From Candidatus Gottesmanbacteria bacterium RIFCSPLOWO2_01_FULL_42_22 (GTDB taxonomy: Bacteria > Patescibacteriota > Microgenomatia > 2-02-FULL-39-11), in the NCBI GenBank assembly GCA_001779315.1, contig MFJU01000004.1:6753-70752 (forward strand): a stretch of DNA of 64,000 nucleotides, read 5' to 3'. A program made the translations under genes and the position numbers. The notes under the pieces were generated by a model that had not been told where the DNA came from, ran no database searches, and saw only the letters and a program-made list of their open reading frames with translations. Position 1 is the stretch's first letter; every line of letters begins with the position of its first letter. Shown piece by piece: positions 38,150 through 48,049 of this stretch.

Positions 38150-40288
38150 TCAGTAGATATCGAAGCTGATTTCCTTACAGCCGACCTTGAGGTTGGTCAC
38201 CGGATGGAAAGTCCCCAGCTGCAGTGATTTGGAAGTCGGTGCCAAAACCGTCGGCTTGGAATTGTCGAAATCAGGAATTCCCGTCGGTGTCGCTACTGCC
38301 AGAGGCTGAAGATTGTTTCTGTTATTCAACAAAAATACTCTCGACAGGAAATTGAGCAGGGAATCAAGAAGAGTCGTTTTTTTGGGTGTTTCAGTGCCCA
38401 GGACCGAGGCTGTGATACGGCCGCAGGCAATTTTCACCCAGATGCGGTAATGACCGGCGACACCCTCTCCAACCGGTACCAAAAAATCCCATTGGGTCTG
38501 GTATCTAGTGTCTGATCCGGGAACTTTTTCGGCTGTAATGGGATCGGAAACGGCGATTTCCGTTCCGTCTTTCTCCACATGGTATGTCATTGTCCGCACT
38601 TCCGTTGTATCCGGAAAGAGCGAGACTGCAAATGTCGTTATTGTCACTGTTTCCCCGCCGATGAAATTGCCGGCATATGTCACGCTGTCGCAATTGCAGG
38701 CTGCCGGAGGTGTCGGACTAGGTGATGCACTGATCCGCGGTTCGCGGTCCACATCGCATTGCGGATTGGATTCCGGACAGAACGGGCATTTGTCAGGACA
38801 TTGGTTCGGCTCGTCAGGACTGCATGGTTCACCGCAGGCAGGACCTTCGGGAGGCGGTTCTGCCGGCACGCATTTGGGGTTGGTGGCCGGGCACGATGGA
38901 CACTCCTGCGGGCAGTCAAAGGCTTCTTCCGGATTGCAGGGTTCGCCGCATGCCGGGGCTCCTGGTGTCGGAGTCGGCGGAATATCATCCCTGTCGACAC
39001 AGATCGGATTGGTATCGGGACAGAAAGGGCATTCCTGCGGACAGACATTTATCTTGTCCGGGTTGCAGGGTTTGCCGCAGGCAGGACCTTCGGGCGGAGG
39101 TTCTGCCACTTTACATACAGGATTAACTACCGGACAGGACGGACAATCCTGGGGACAATCAAAGGCTTCATTGGGATTACAGGGTTCTCCGCAGACCGGG
39201 GCTCCCGGTGTCGGACTTGCCGGCGGCGGTGTTCCCGATCCGCCGGGTGGAGGTGTTCCCGATCCCCCCGGTGGCGGTGTTCCCGATCCGCCGGGTGGAG
39301 GTGTTCCCGTTCCGCCGGGTGGAGGTGTTCCCGTTCCCGGACCCGGTGTATTTGTCGCAGGCGGTGCCCCACGGCTTAAGCTGACTACACAGGCAGCTTC
39401 CGGTGCCGACAGTCTACCGTCGGGTGTTACAAAATAAGCATTGATAGAAACTGAACTGGGTATCGCTCCCGTACTGGTATCTTGTACGAATACGTCTTCA
39501 TATTTCAAATCTCTTGAACCTCCCTTATTTGATGTTTTGTTGCCGTTGTAAATTAGCTGGACGGAACCGGTAGGACATCCTTGAATTTCAGTCGTACTTT
39601 CCCCTGTTCCTTTGGTAACGCAAAAGGGTTTGGCATTGCCCGGACCATAAAGATTGTCCTTATTGTAAAAAGCATAGAACAGGGATGCGATCTCCTCTTT
39701 TGCTTCAGAAGTCAATATGAAACTGCCTCCGGGAAATACCTCATTCTTGTCAATTGTTTCCTTAAGGCAAATTCCCGGTCTGGCAGGGGTCGGCGTCGGC
39801 GTTTCCGTCGGCGTACTGGTGGGAGGCGCTGGAGTGTTTGTAGGCGGTACCGGAGTACTTGTCGGTGACGGTCCGGGCGTATCGGTAGGCCCCCTTCCAC
39901 CCTTATCCTGGCATTTGTAACAAACTGTTGTATTATTACATTCGCCGCAATCAATAGTCTTCTTATCCACCTCTTCTTCACCGGCTTTACATTCATTAGT
40001 CTGATAACTTGGCGGACAATCAGGTGCCTCACAAATAGTAATACATTTTCCTTTATATTCAGTACATTCTTTTATCCCGTCGCCATCATCATCTCCTACC
40101 TTTACACAAGGATCACAACAACCCTGAAATGTACATTCTGTGCTTCCGCAGCTGGTTGAACAGGTGTCACAACTTCGGCAACTGTCTGCGCCTGCTCCGC
40201 TTACTCTATTTGGGGAAAAAAGAGACAGACCAAAAAAGATAATAAATATAATAAATAATATTATTTTTGGTTTGCAAATTATTCTCAT
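38150..40288 (-). CDS. Exported Cys-rich repeat protein with C-terminal Ig-like/SLQLGTF domain
   Basis: Signal peptide, Cys-rich N-domain, PT linkers, GxGTPPP repeats, four CGxPCxP...CPxxCPxCP repeats, C-terminal domain paralogous to 42386..43402. Confidence 0.85.
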   Translation of the reverse strand: MRIICKPKIILFIIFIIFFGLSLFSPNRVSGAGADSCRSCDTCSTSCGSTECTFQGCCDPCVKVGDDDGDGIKECTEYKGKCITICEAPDCPPSYQTNECKAGEEEVDKKTIDCGECNNTTVCYKCQDKGGRGPTDTPGPSPTSTPVPPTNTPAPPTSTPTETPTPTPARPGICLKETIDKNEVFPGGSFILTSEAKEEIASLFYAFYNKDNLYGPGNAKPFCVTKGTGESTTEIQGCPTGSVQLIYNGNKTSNKGGSRDLKYEDVFVQDTSTGAIPSSVSINAYFVTPDGRLSAPEAACVVSLSRGAPPATNTPGPGTGTPPPGGTGTPPPGGSGTPPPGGSGTPPPGGSGTPPPASPTPGAPVCGEPCNPNEAFDCPQDCPSCPVVNPVCKVAEPPPEGPACGKPCNPDKINVCPQECPFCPDTNPICVDRDDIPPTPTPGAPACGEPCNPEEAFDCPQECPSCPATNPKCVPAEPPPEGPACGEPCSPDEPNQCPDKCPFCPESNPQCDVDREPRISASPSPTPPAACNCDSVTYAGNFIGGETVTITTFAVSLFPDTTEVRTMTYHVEKDGTEIAVSDPITAEKVPGSDTRYQTQWDFLVPVGEGVAGHYRIWVKIACGRITASVLGTETPKKTTLLDSLLNFLSRVFLLNNRNNLQPLAVATPTGIPDFDNSKPTVLAPTSKSLQLGTFHPVTNLKVGCKEISFDIY
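39221..39345 (-). repeat. 21-bp coding tandem repeat, (G[TS]GTPPPG)-type, about 5 copies
   Basis: ggtgttcccg(a/t)tccgccgggtgga repeated on the + strand. Confidence 0.85.
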
Positions 40289-40333
40289 TCTAATTAAGTC
40301 ATCTCATTAAACTGTCTAATTATCTATTTGAAT

Positions 40334-41458
40334 TCATTCTGTCAAATCTGCCAGTACCCCGGCAATCAAAGCGTTAACACGGGTATGATATGTCTTGCTT
40401 TGGAAATTGTGGTACAAGCTTAACTCTCTGTTATAGCTTTTTGACATTAATAACTGGACAACTTTATTTAATTCCGTTTTAATATCCTGATTATTATTTA
40501 TTTTAGAGAGTTCTTGTAAAAACATTATGTAATAAGCACAATCTTCTGCAGAGTTACAGCCTATTTTGGATTTGGCTTGAAGAAAATAATTGGCAAAATC
40601 AAGATATTTTGCTTCTTTTGTAGCTTTGTAAAGATCTATGCTGGCTATACCCAAAACGGCATCTTCGAGTTTATTATCCTTATTGCTAATAATCTGTAAC
40701 GCCATATCAAAATAAAATTTTGCTGCATCTAAATCGTCATTATTACCAAGATAGTAGTAGACATAAGTTAAATCAGAAGCATAGAGAGCATATTTATTAA
40801 AAGCCAAAGAATTAGCAATTTCCCATTTATCTAAAACTTTTCCCTCTATGACTTCATCTATTTTCGGATCAAGGTCATATTTTTTTTGTTTGATACTTCT
40901 ATTAAACTCATTCATTTCAGGACCGAAATGGATACTACCTATACAAACTTGATCAATTGCCTCTTTATTTTCTTTATCAAAGACTTCACTCTGACTCATC
41001 TCCCACATTAGCTTACAGTTATAGCTGTCATTTTGAGCCGGGAATCCGATTTCCGGTGTCGTTAATATAATTATGTCATTCTTTATTTTTACTAAATCCA
41101 CTTCTTTATTTGTGTTAAGGAAATTCTTGTACCTTGCCCAAAGTACATAAAGTCCGTATTGTTTATTTGTCTCTGTTGATTTCTGACATCCCTCACCGCC
41201 CAAACAATCCTCAAAAAGCAAATATCTACCCTTCTCATTCTTCATGCTATCCAACCATTTGATGATATTTCCGGCGATTTCCCTGGCTTTTTCCGGTGAG
41301 ATTTGGCCTGAACCCTGGGGATTAATGTCTTGTTCGATGGGTCTGAGATCGACTTTAGGGATAGGTAGAGGTTTACTTAGTGAAAGACGCCAGAAAACTA
41401 TGGCGGAAATGATAATTAGAAGTCCAATGGAGGAAAAGATGAGCAATTTCTTTTTCAT
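40334..41458 (-). CDS. Membrane-anchored protein, possible six-hairpin glycosidase (alpha/alpha barrel) fold
   Basis: N-terminal TM; IDLYKATKEAKYLDFA and YYYLGNNDDLDAA resemble LYxATGDxxYLxxA hairpins. Confidence 0.6.
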   Translation of the reverse strand: MKKKLLIFSSIGLLIIISAIVFWRLSLSKPLPIPKVDLRPIEQDINPQGSGQISPEKAREIAGNIIKWLDSMKNEKGRYLLFEDCLGGEGCQKSTETNKQYGLYVLWARYKNFLNTNKEVDLVKIKNDIIILTTPEIGFPAQNDSYNCKLMWEMSQSEVFDKENKEAIDQVCIGSIHFGPEMNEFNRSIKQKKYDLDPKIDEVIEGKVLDKWEIANSLAFNKYALYASDLTYVYYYLGNNDDLDAAKFYFDMALQIISNKDNKLEDAVLGIASIDLYKATKEAKYLDFANYFLQAKSKIGCNSAEDCAYYIMFLQELSKINNNQDIKTELNKVVQLLMSKSYNRELSLYHNFQSKTYHTRVNALIAGVLADLTE

Positions 41459-41554
41459 CTAATTCCAGAATATGTAGAAAAGCGGCAAGAGTCAATATGT
41501 GTACAGTACAATATGTAGGCGGACATTTGATAGCTTTTATACTATAATCTGACT

Positions 41555-41974
41555 ATGGATGTTGACCAGTATAAACAATCAATCAGAGATTTTTTTAATA
41601 TTGAGCCGGTTGAAGCGGTATATCTTTATGGATCAGAGGCTATCGGAACGCCTAATAATCAGTCGGATATTGATATTGCCGTACTTTTCCGGAATGGGAT
41701 TAACCCAAAAAGGCGATTTGATTTACGCCTGAATTACATTGGATTTTTTTCCCGGTTACTGGGGAGGAATGATGTGGAAGTAATTGATCTCGACGCAGTT
41801 TCACTCGCACTGCAATACTCTGCAGTCGGTCCCAGGAAGATTCTTTTTGAAAAAAAGGGGGGTAACAGACGGACCCGTTTTGAAGCCGAAGTATTATCCA
41901 GATATTTTGATTACCGGTATTATATTCGCCAGAATTCCCTCCGGGGTCTTTCTTCGATGGTAAAAGGATTTTAG
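41555..41974 (+). CDS. MNT (MntA-like) nucleotidyltransferase antitoxin, type VII TA
   Basis: VYLYGSEAIG...SDIDIAV (GSx10DxD). Confidence 0.9.
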   Translation: MDVDQYKQSIRDFFNIEPVEAVYLYGSEAIGTPNNQSDIDIAVLFRNGINPKRRFDLRLNYIGFFSRLLGRNDVEVIDLDAVSLALQYSAVGPRKILFEKKGGNRRTRFEAEVLSRYFDYRYYIRQNSLRGLSSMVKGF

Positions 41975-41976
41975 CT

Positions 41977-42393
41977 ATGGATACGATTGATAGAATAAAC
42001 ATCAGATTGAAAAGCCTAAAGGAATATGTGGTTTTTTTAGAGAAATATCAGGGGATTGCGGCTGCGGTATTGGAAAAAGACCTTGAAAAAAGAGGATTTA
42101 TCGGGCATTACCTGCATTTGTCTGCTGAAATAGTGATTGACATCTCTAATTTGCTTAACGCTGAATATAAATTTCGTCCTGCCCAAGATGCCTCAGAAAG
42201 TATTCTCATTCTGGGTGAAGAGGGAGTAATTGAAAAAGATTTTGCAAAACATTTCTCTAAAATCGCCGGATTTCGGAATATTTTGATTCATGAATATCTG
42301 AAAATAGATTATAAGATTGTCGCTGACAATTTAAATAAGTATTTGGCAGACTTTGAGAAGTTCGCCCGTCAGGTAGCCAAATATCTTACCTGA
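41977..42393 (+). CDS. HEPN (HepT/DUF86) RNase toxin
   Basis: GFRNILIHEY (Rx4HxY). Confidence 0.92.
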   Translation: MDTIDRINIRLKSLKEYVVFLEKYQGIAAAVLEKDLEKRGFIGHYLHLSAEIVIDISNLLNAEYKFRPAQDASESILILGEEGVIEKDFAKHFSKIAGFRNILIHEYLKIDYKIVADNLNKYLADFEKFARQVAKYLT

Positions 42394-43402
42394 TCGTAAA
42401 ATACATGTCCTTACAGCCTAGTTTGAGACTGGCAATGGGATGGAATGTCCCCAATTGCAAAGAATTGACACCGGAGGGAGCGATGACAGTCACGCTGGGA
42501 AATAGTCCGTAATCTTGGGCTGAAACAGGCTTGATGATAGAAGCTGTCTTTTTAGCACAGACAATTTGGGCGCTGATATGGTAGTTGCCCGGAGAGTCTT
42601 TGCCTTGCGGCAGACGGTATTTCCAGGATGTTTCGTATCGTCCGTAGGAGTTGAAAATTTCGGAGGCCGGGATGGTTTTCGATTTGGCGATTTCTACCCC
42701 GTTTTTAAAAACACGGTAAATCATATAACCCACTTTGGTTGTATCCGGGAAAAGGGATCTGGCGCGGGTGGTGATGGTAATCTGCTCCCCTGTCCTCAGA
42801 TTATCGCTGACGGTCATATTCTCGCAGTTGCAGGCTGAGGCGGGAGTGACAGTAATATTAGGAGGCCTCGTTCCCGTTGCTGTTACGGAAGGCGGCGGGC
42901 GGTAATTCGGATCGTAAATTATGTCTACCACTTTTGCCTCTGCCATACTGTTATTCAATTTATTCCCGGGTATAGCTTCAAACGGAGGAGGCACGGAAAA
43001 ACCGCCTGTCCAGTTTTTCGGCATGACAGCTGTAATTTTATGGGGATTTTGCCTGCAGCCGAATCCATCGGGAACATCCTTTTCCCTGCCCTCCGGTATG
43101 ACATTGCATTCCCGGCTCTCGGGGACTCCGTCATGATCCGTATCGATCATAGTCTGATACATTTGCTCTCTTTTTTCTCTTGGCAGTAAACTATATGACG
43201 AATAGAAAAAATAACCGTCGGGATTGGTAAAGGTATAGCGGATATTGTTCTCACTGTCTTCCCATTTGACGGCTATGCCCCCTATCGGAACCCCTGTTTT
43301 GGTTTTGACATAGCCCCAGACAGGCGGAGCATAAGCTTCAACTTTATCTGGAATAAATAAGGCCGCCAGAAATAATAATATCAGCAGAATTTTTTTTATC
43401 AT
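42386..43402 (-). CDS. Exported protein: carboxypeptidase-regulatory-like domain plus Ig-like/SLQLGTF domain
   Basis: Signal peptide ending VEA; VWGYVKTKTGVPIGGIAV...TNPDGYF; C-terminal domain paralogous to 38150..40288. Confidence 0.8.
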   Translation of the reverse strand: MIKKILLILLFLAALFIPDKVEAYAPPVWGYVKTKTGVPIGGIAVKWEDSENNIRYTFTNPDGYFFYSSYSLLPREKREQMYQTMIDTDHDGVPESRECNVIPEGREKDVPDGFGCRQNPHKITAVMPKNWTGGFSVPPPFEAIPGNKLNNSMAEAKVVDIIYDPNYRPPPSVTATGTRPPNITVTPASACNCENMTVSDNLRTGEQITITTRARSLFPDTTKVGYMIYRVFKNGVEIAKSKTIPASEIFNSYGRYETSWKYRLPQGKDSPGNYHISAQIVCAKKTASIIKPVSAQDYGLFPSVTVIAPSGVNSLQLGTFHPIASLKLGCKDMYFTIR

Positions 43403-44415
43403 GGCTCTTTTATTGAATTCTCGGCAAGTTTCTTATCTTCTATTTTGGCAAACATAAAGACGGCTTCAATCGGTTGCGAATTAACATTGGGGGTATCTTT
43501 GGCCAGATAAACATCGGAAATTCCACCTTCCGGCAGTTTCCATAAATTAGTGTCAAAATTGGGATCCAGACTGATTTTTTCGCCTTCCCGGACATCGAAA
43601 CGGAAGGAGGCGTTGGATTCGTAGGATGTGTCAATTTGTTCCAGCTCACTATCTTGTTTAATAATATCAATCGCCTCCTCCATCGTAATAGTGCCTTTTT
43701 TGACATTCCTCTGTAAAGCATCGATCTTACCATAAGCCATTTCTTTGCTTTTTTGATAGCCTAAAGGTCCGATTTTCTCGTTGTAAAACCAGATCGAAAC
43801 TATCGTGCCTGACAGCCGGGAAAGGCGGCTGTCAAAAATGCCTTTGACTTCCTTAACCAGAGAAAGGCGTTTTTGGTAATCTTTGTCAGGGGAATTATAG
43901 ACTGTCTCATCCAGGCTGATCACTCCTTCACCGGCCGCTTTCTGCAAAAGATTTGAGTCGCTACTGATCTTCTCGATCAGGCTTTTTCTGACATCCGGGT
44001 TGTATTGGGGCGGATAAAACAGTAATTCGCTATCGACGTCCTTCTGGAAGATCCTTTCCTCGCCGACAGTGGCGACAATTGCCGCAGAATCTTCTTTATC
44101 AGGGCCTGGACTCTTGCCGGTGACTGCGTCAATGACAGCGTAGGGCGTGCCGGAGGAAATACTTTCCTTATCAGGAGATTCCCACTTATTCTCTCCCAGA
44201 CAGGTATATCCGGCGATATTAATGCCTTTGAGCTGGCATTTACCGTGTACGCAGCAGCCGCCAAAGCAATTCCTGCCTCCACAGACAAATTCCGGTTGAG
44301 GAATTGTTTCCCGCGGGAAATAGCGGTAGGCGGCAAAAGTGGCCGCTAAAATCAAAATTAGAAACAAAACGATCGAAATCCGGCTGGAAAATATTCGGCT
44401 GAATATATCTCTCAT
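43399..44415 (-). CDS. SurA/PrsA-like foldase-family membrane protein
   Basis: IVATVGEERIFQKDVD (SurA N-like), helical region, FDTNLWKLPEGGISDV (degenerate parvulin tail). Confidence 0.6.
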   Translation of the reverse strand: MRDIFSRIFSSRISIVLFLILILAATFAAYRYFPRETIPQPEFVCGGRNCFGGCCVHGKCQLKGINIAGYTCLGENKWESPDKESISSGTPYAVIDAVTGKSPGPDKEDSAAIVATVGEERIFQKDVDSELLFYPPQYNPDVRKSLIEKISSDSNLLQKAAGEGVISLDETVYNSPDKDYQKRLSLVKEVKGIFDSRLSRLSGTIVSIWFYNEKIGPLGYQKSKEMAYGKIDALQRNVKKGTITMEEAIDIIKQDSELEQIDTSYESNASFRFDVREGEKISLDPNFDTNLWKLPEGGISDVYLAKDTPNVNSQPIEAVFMFAKIEDKKLAENSIKEP

Positions 44416-44470
44416 AGACAGGTAGTTATATATCCAGCTTATGATGAAATATAAAAGGAGTCAATAACTC

Positions 44471-44779
44471 TTAAGAAGTACTTACTTTAGATTTCAAATT
44501 TGCCCTGACTTTTACCACATCTTCATCATCACCAGCGGTGCTTAATACTCTAATCATATCTTGGTATATCCTTACGTATTCATTGTTTATCTTCTGCAAT
44601 TCAATTGCCGACATTAGATTTTCAATTACGAACAAAAGCGTTTCTTTTGTAACACTGCTATCCTCAAGCATCGACAAAAGCTCTGCTTCCTTTTCTTTTT
44701 TGTCTTCATAAACCAGATGTACCAGCTCGACTGCCAATTTTTGTAAATTCTCCTTTGGGAAATATATTTGTTGATCCAT
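44471..44779 (-). CDS. Hypothetical helical protein
   Basis: 102-aa ORF downstream of 44806..46854. Confidence 0.65.
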   Translation of the reverse strand: MDQQIYFPKENLQKLAVELVHLVYEDKKEKEAELLSMLEDSSVTKETLLFVIENLMSAIELQKINNEYVRIYQDMIRVLSTAGDDEDVVKVRANLKSKVSTS

Positions 44780-44805
44780 TTTTTTATAATTTAAATCTTA
44801 ATAAT

Positions 44806-46854
44806 TTAGTCTAACTTGATTTTACCTAATTTGCTGGTAATTTTCTCTCTGATATAACCGCTGACTGTTTCGGAAATTATTGTCCGGACGTTGATACCCC
44901 ATGTCTTTTGCTTTTCTTCCAGCTTTGCATCGTCGTCAGTTGTTTCCTTATACACAGCCGGCACTGTCTCCTCGATTCTTCTGCTGATATCACCGACCAT
45001 CGTTGGAATTCTGTTTCTGTCACTGAAGTATCTCTCTGTCAAACTGGTCATACTGCTAAGCTGATCTCGCACATTACTAACAATCTTTCTTCTGGTTTCA
45101 CCTAATTTTGTAGTTTCCTCTCTCCTGACTGATTCAGTTGCCGGGACTGCCATCACCGGTACCTCTCCCCCCGAAAGCAAAGAAGCCATAACTCTCTCCT
45201 GCTTGTCATAAATTGATAATACCGACTTGGCTACCTTCCTCACTCCGTCCATCGGATTACCGGCTGTTTCAAGCCTAACGGCTAAATTTACCATTTCCTT
45301 TCTCCAGGTTTCTTTTCCTCCGACAGTATCGTCTTTTATAGCAGGAATTCCGTTCTTACCTTCCCAGACATCCTTCAAGAGGTTCACTTTAATTTGCAAT
45401 GCTTCCTGCTGGGATTTTAAGGTTGGTTCCCTTAACTGTGAAGCCGGACTTTGTATTTCCTCTGCTTGGCCGTCTTTTTGCACTTTTAAGGTACCGTCTT
45501 CACTCCGAAAGGTATATCCCTGTTGTGCCAGTTCTGAACAGCGGCTGTCAGCGGCGAATCCTTCGAAGATTCTGTTTCCGGTCAGTCCGATCATGTGACT
45601 TAGAGTTTGAACTAGCGCTTTTCTTTGTATTGGATCCTGAATTGCCGCATCACTTAACTCCAATCCAACCGCTTCGGCAATCAGCCTCATATTTACCTGT
45701 GTTTCCGCATCCTGGGGTTCCCTTAAATCACCGTCAGCAATTTGTCCCTGGAAATTTACGACAGCCACTGCGGTATCGAGGCGCTTTTGTGTGTGTTCTG
45801 CCAGTTTTACTTCAGCTTGAGTCTCTATGGCTTGTTTTATCCTGGCTTCAGCTTCAGGGGCCACCACCAAATTGCCGTCTTTATCTAATGTCGCTTCCGG
45901 ATCCCTCATCACTTGTTCTACCAGTTCATCATTAACCTCTAATTGCTTTTTTACATTGGGATTTACACTGGCAAAGTTGTCAACGGTTGTTTGCATTTTC
46001 TGTCCGTCGGCCGAATCTGCCAGCGTGATTTTATGGTACGCCAGTTCAGTTGAAGTGACCTTTTTTGTCCCATCATTTGCTTCTGACATTCCATCCTGCC
46101 AGTCAGTTGAGGCTAAATTTGCTTCTTGTAATACAATCTCTACTGCTTCTCTGGCTTTTAATGCCTGCCTGGCTTCACTAGTCAATCCACCTTTAACCAG
46201 TTCATTAACTGCTGCCCAGTTTTGACTGCCGTTAACAAATCCTGCCACATCACTATCTACCCTCATCCGGGAAGTTTCCGCCCCTGTCACCGCTCTTCTG
46301 GCCTTCCCTGTATTAATGTTACCGATTCTCTCATTATGCTCATCACTGACTTCCGCAACCCTCACCATTTGACCAGTCACTATTTCGGCGACAGTCGTAT
46401 CGACCACTTCAGTCCTTACTTTACCAGTGTAAGCTTTTGCCGCTTCCTGCCCAACCTCAGCAACTACCTCTGCCATGACTGCCGGCCTTGATGTCATCAT
46501 GGAGGGAACATCTCTTAATAATCTTTTCTTCTTTTTTCCGGCATTTGTTTCGGTAATCAGTTTAGCCTCTTCCACTTGCCCGGAAGCTGTTTCCAGTTTT
46601 TTTCCGGTTTCATCTGCCGCCCGTGCTTCTGTAGCGTTAGCCGCCAATACGGCTGATTCACTAGCCAGTCCCTGATTTTGCTCTTTTTCCTGTAATACTA
46701 CTTTCTTAAACATGTCAAGAGCTTCAGTCACTGGCTTGATTCTGGCTTCTCCAACCTGCACAGCCCCTTCAATTGGCTTTCTTAAGAATGCTCTTTCTGC
46801 TCTTGTTTTAAGTGCGCTAAATCTCTCTGCAATATTTGGTCTTATTTCTGACAT
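44806..46854 (-). CDS. Large alpha-helical/coiled-coil hypothetical protein
   Basis: 682 aa, Ala/Glu/Gln-rich, no TM or catalytic motif; TTGACA lies upstream. Confidence 0.8.
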   Translation of the reverse strand: MSEIRPNIAERFSALKTRAERAFLRKPIEGAVQVGEARIKPVTEALDMFKKVVLQEKEQNQGLASESAVLAANATEARAADETGKKLETASGQVEEAKLITETNAGKKKKRLLRDVPSMMTSRPAVMAEVVAEVGQEAAKAYTGKVRTEVVDTTVAEIVTGQMVRVAEVSDEHNERIGNINTGKARRAVTGAETSRMRVDSDVAGFVNGSQNWAAVNELVKGGLTSEARQALKAREAVEIVLQEANLASTDWQDGMSEANDGTKKVTSTELAYHKITLADSADGQKMQTTVDNFASVNPNVKKQLEVNDELVEQVMRDPEATLDKDGNLVVAPEAEARIKQAIETQAEVKLAEHTQKRLDTAVAVVNFQGQIADGDLREPQDAETQVNMRLIAEAVGLELSDAAIQDPIQRKALVQTLSHMIGLTGNRIFEGFAADSRCSELAQQGYTFRSEDGTLKVQKDGQAEEIQSPASQLREPTLKSQQEALQIKVNLLKDVWEGKNGIPAIKDDTVGGKETWRKEMVNLAVRLETAGNPMDGVRKVAKSVLSIYDKQERVMASLLSGGEVPVMAVPATESVRREETTKLGETRRKIVSNVRDQLSSMTSLTERYFSDRNRIPTMVGDISRRIEETVPAVYKETTDDDAKLEEKQKTWGINVRTIISETVSGYIREKITSKLGKIKLD

Positions 46855-46947
46855 AAATTTTCTAAATAAATTTAATAACTATATTAAATAGTGATACTAC
46901 TAAAGAAAAATGTCAATAAGAAAAAAGGACTACTCCTGCTTAACTCC

Positions 46948-47262
46948 TTACTCTTTTCTCTCCCTGTACATCTCCTCAACTGCTGCTTGTGGCGGCGGAT
47001 CGACGCCTTCGGGGATGCGGATGGTGATTTCTTCGCCGCTTGATAAAGTATACCGATACTCTACTTTGTTAGGGGCATTATTGAAATTCTCAATGAACTT
47101 TTCATCATATTCGGAATCCTGTTGGGGAATAAATTCCTCTTTGATCTCTTCTACTCGCTTCACTTCCTTATTTTTATTAGCCAGAAACAATCCCGCAAAC
47201 ATGATCAAAAGAATAACTAATGCTGCAATCGCTAACAAACTATATATTTTTATATCTCTCAT
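46948..47262 (-). CDS. Small single-TM protein
   Basis: 104 aa, 3 bp downstream of the M15 gene. Confidence 0.7.
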   Translation of the reverse strand: MRDIKIYSLLAIAALVILLIMFAGLFLANKNKEVKRVEEIKEEFIPQQDSEYDEKFIENFNNAPNKVEYRYTLSSGEEITIRIPEGVDPPPQAAVEEMYRERKE

Positions 47263-47265
47263 TTT

Positions 47266-48015
47266 CTACAATCCTATAAAATGCGGCGTATCCCAATTAA
47301 CCGGATGGATAAAATTAAAATTCCTGGCATTATCAATTGAGGATTGAGACACTCCCTTCAAAATAATATCGGATCCTCTCATTTCCGCACAGAATAAATC
47401 AAGGGCAATTCCGGCCTGATGTGCACTTTTTCCCGGAGGCGCCACCCCGCAGCCTGGATCGGTAGCGCAATTATTGCCTTTCCAAAGCCCTTCCTGCTCG
47501 GCATAAGAGCGGTAGCCGTAACCGATAAAGAGGGCGCAGCCCGGTTGATTATCGATATATTTTAATAACCCTGTCAAATCGGAAACTATCCCGCTTTTGA
47601 TCATGATGCTGTTTACCCTCTGCCAGAATTTGCCTCCTGTGGCATTATATAAATTAGTCAGATTGGAAGGAACAAAAGAAGGTGAATATGGTGGCCAGAT
47701 CACTCCCAATTCACATAAAGTGGTCTGTTCTAGAAAACGAGGCTGTGGTGAAAACATCGACAAGCCTAATTTGGCGCATTCCGCCGGATTACCTCCACCA
47801 TTACCTCCGGATGGTTCCGGTACTTCGCTGGGGGCAGGTGGCCCTGAGGGTATCAAAGTCGGGGTTCTGGTCGGTGTTGCCGTAGGAGTCCTGGTCGGCG
47901 GCGGGGTGAAACTGCCCAGTTTGATTGATTTCGGCGGAATCTGGGCCAAAACCCGCGCTTTTGAGATCAATAAAATATTGAGAAAAATAATTATTATGGG
48001 CAGAACTTTTGACAT
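47266..48015 (-). CDS. Exported M15-family (VanY/CwlK-like) peptidoglycan peptidase
   Basis: Signal peptide, KSIKLGSF, PT linker; GYRSYAEQ, PGKSAHQAGIALD (SxHxxGxAxD), DTPHF. Confidence 0.88.
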   Translation of the reverse strand: MSKVLPIIIIFLNILLISKARVLAQIPPKSIKLGSFTPPPTRTPTATPTRTPTLIPSGPPAPSEVPEPSGGNGGGNPAECAKLGLSMFSPQPRFLEQTTLCELGVIWPPYSPSFVPSNLTNLYNATGGKFWQRVNSIMIKSGIVSDLTGLLKYIDNQPGCALFIGYGYRSYAEQEGLWKGNNCATDPGCGVAPPGKSAHQAGIALDLFCAEMRGSDIILKGVSQSSIDNARNFNFIHPVNWDTPHFIGL

Positions 48016-48049
48016 TTAACTTTTGCCTTTTGCCTTTAATTTTATCCTG

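Noticed and set aside
38750-39345. Possible CRISPR array
   Set aside because: The repeats are in-frame coding units without unique spacers, and no cas genes are present.
38508-39437. 309-aa Gly-rich plus-strand ORF
   Set aside because: It is antisense to the repeat region of 38150..40288.
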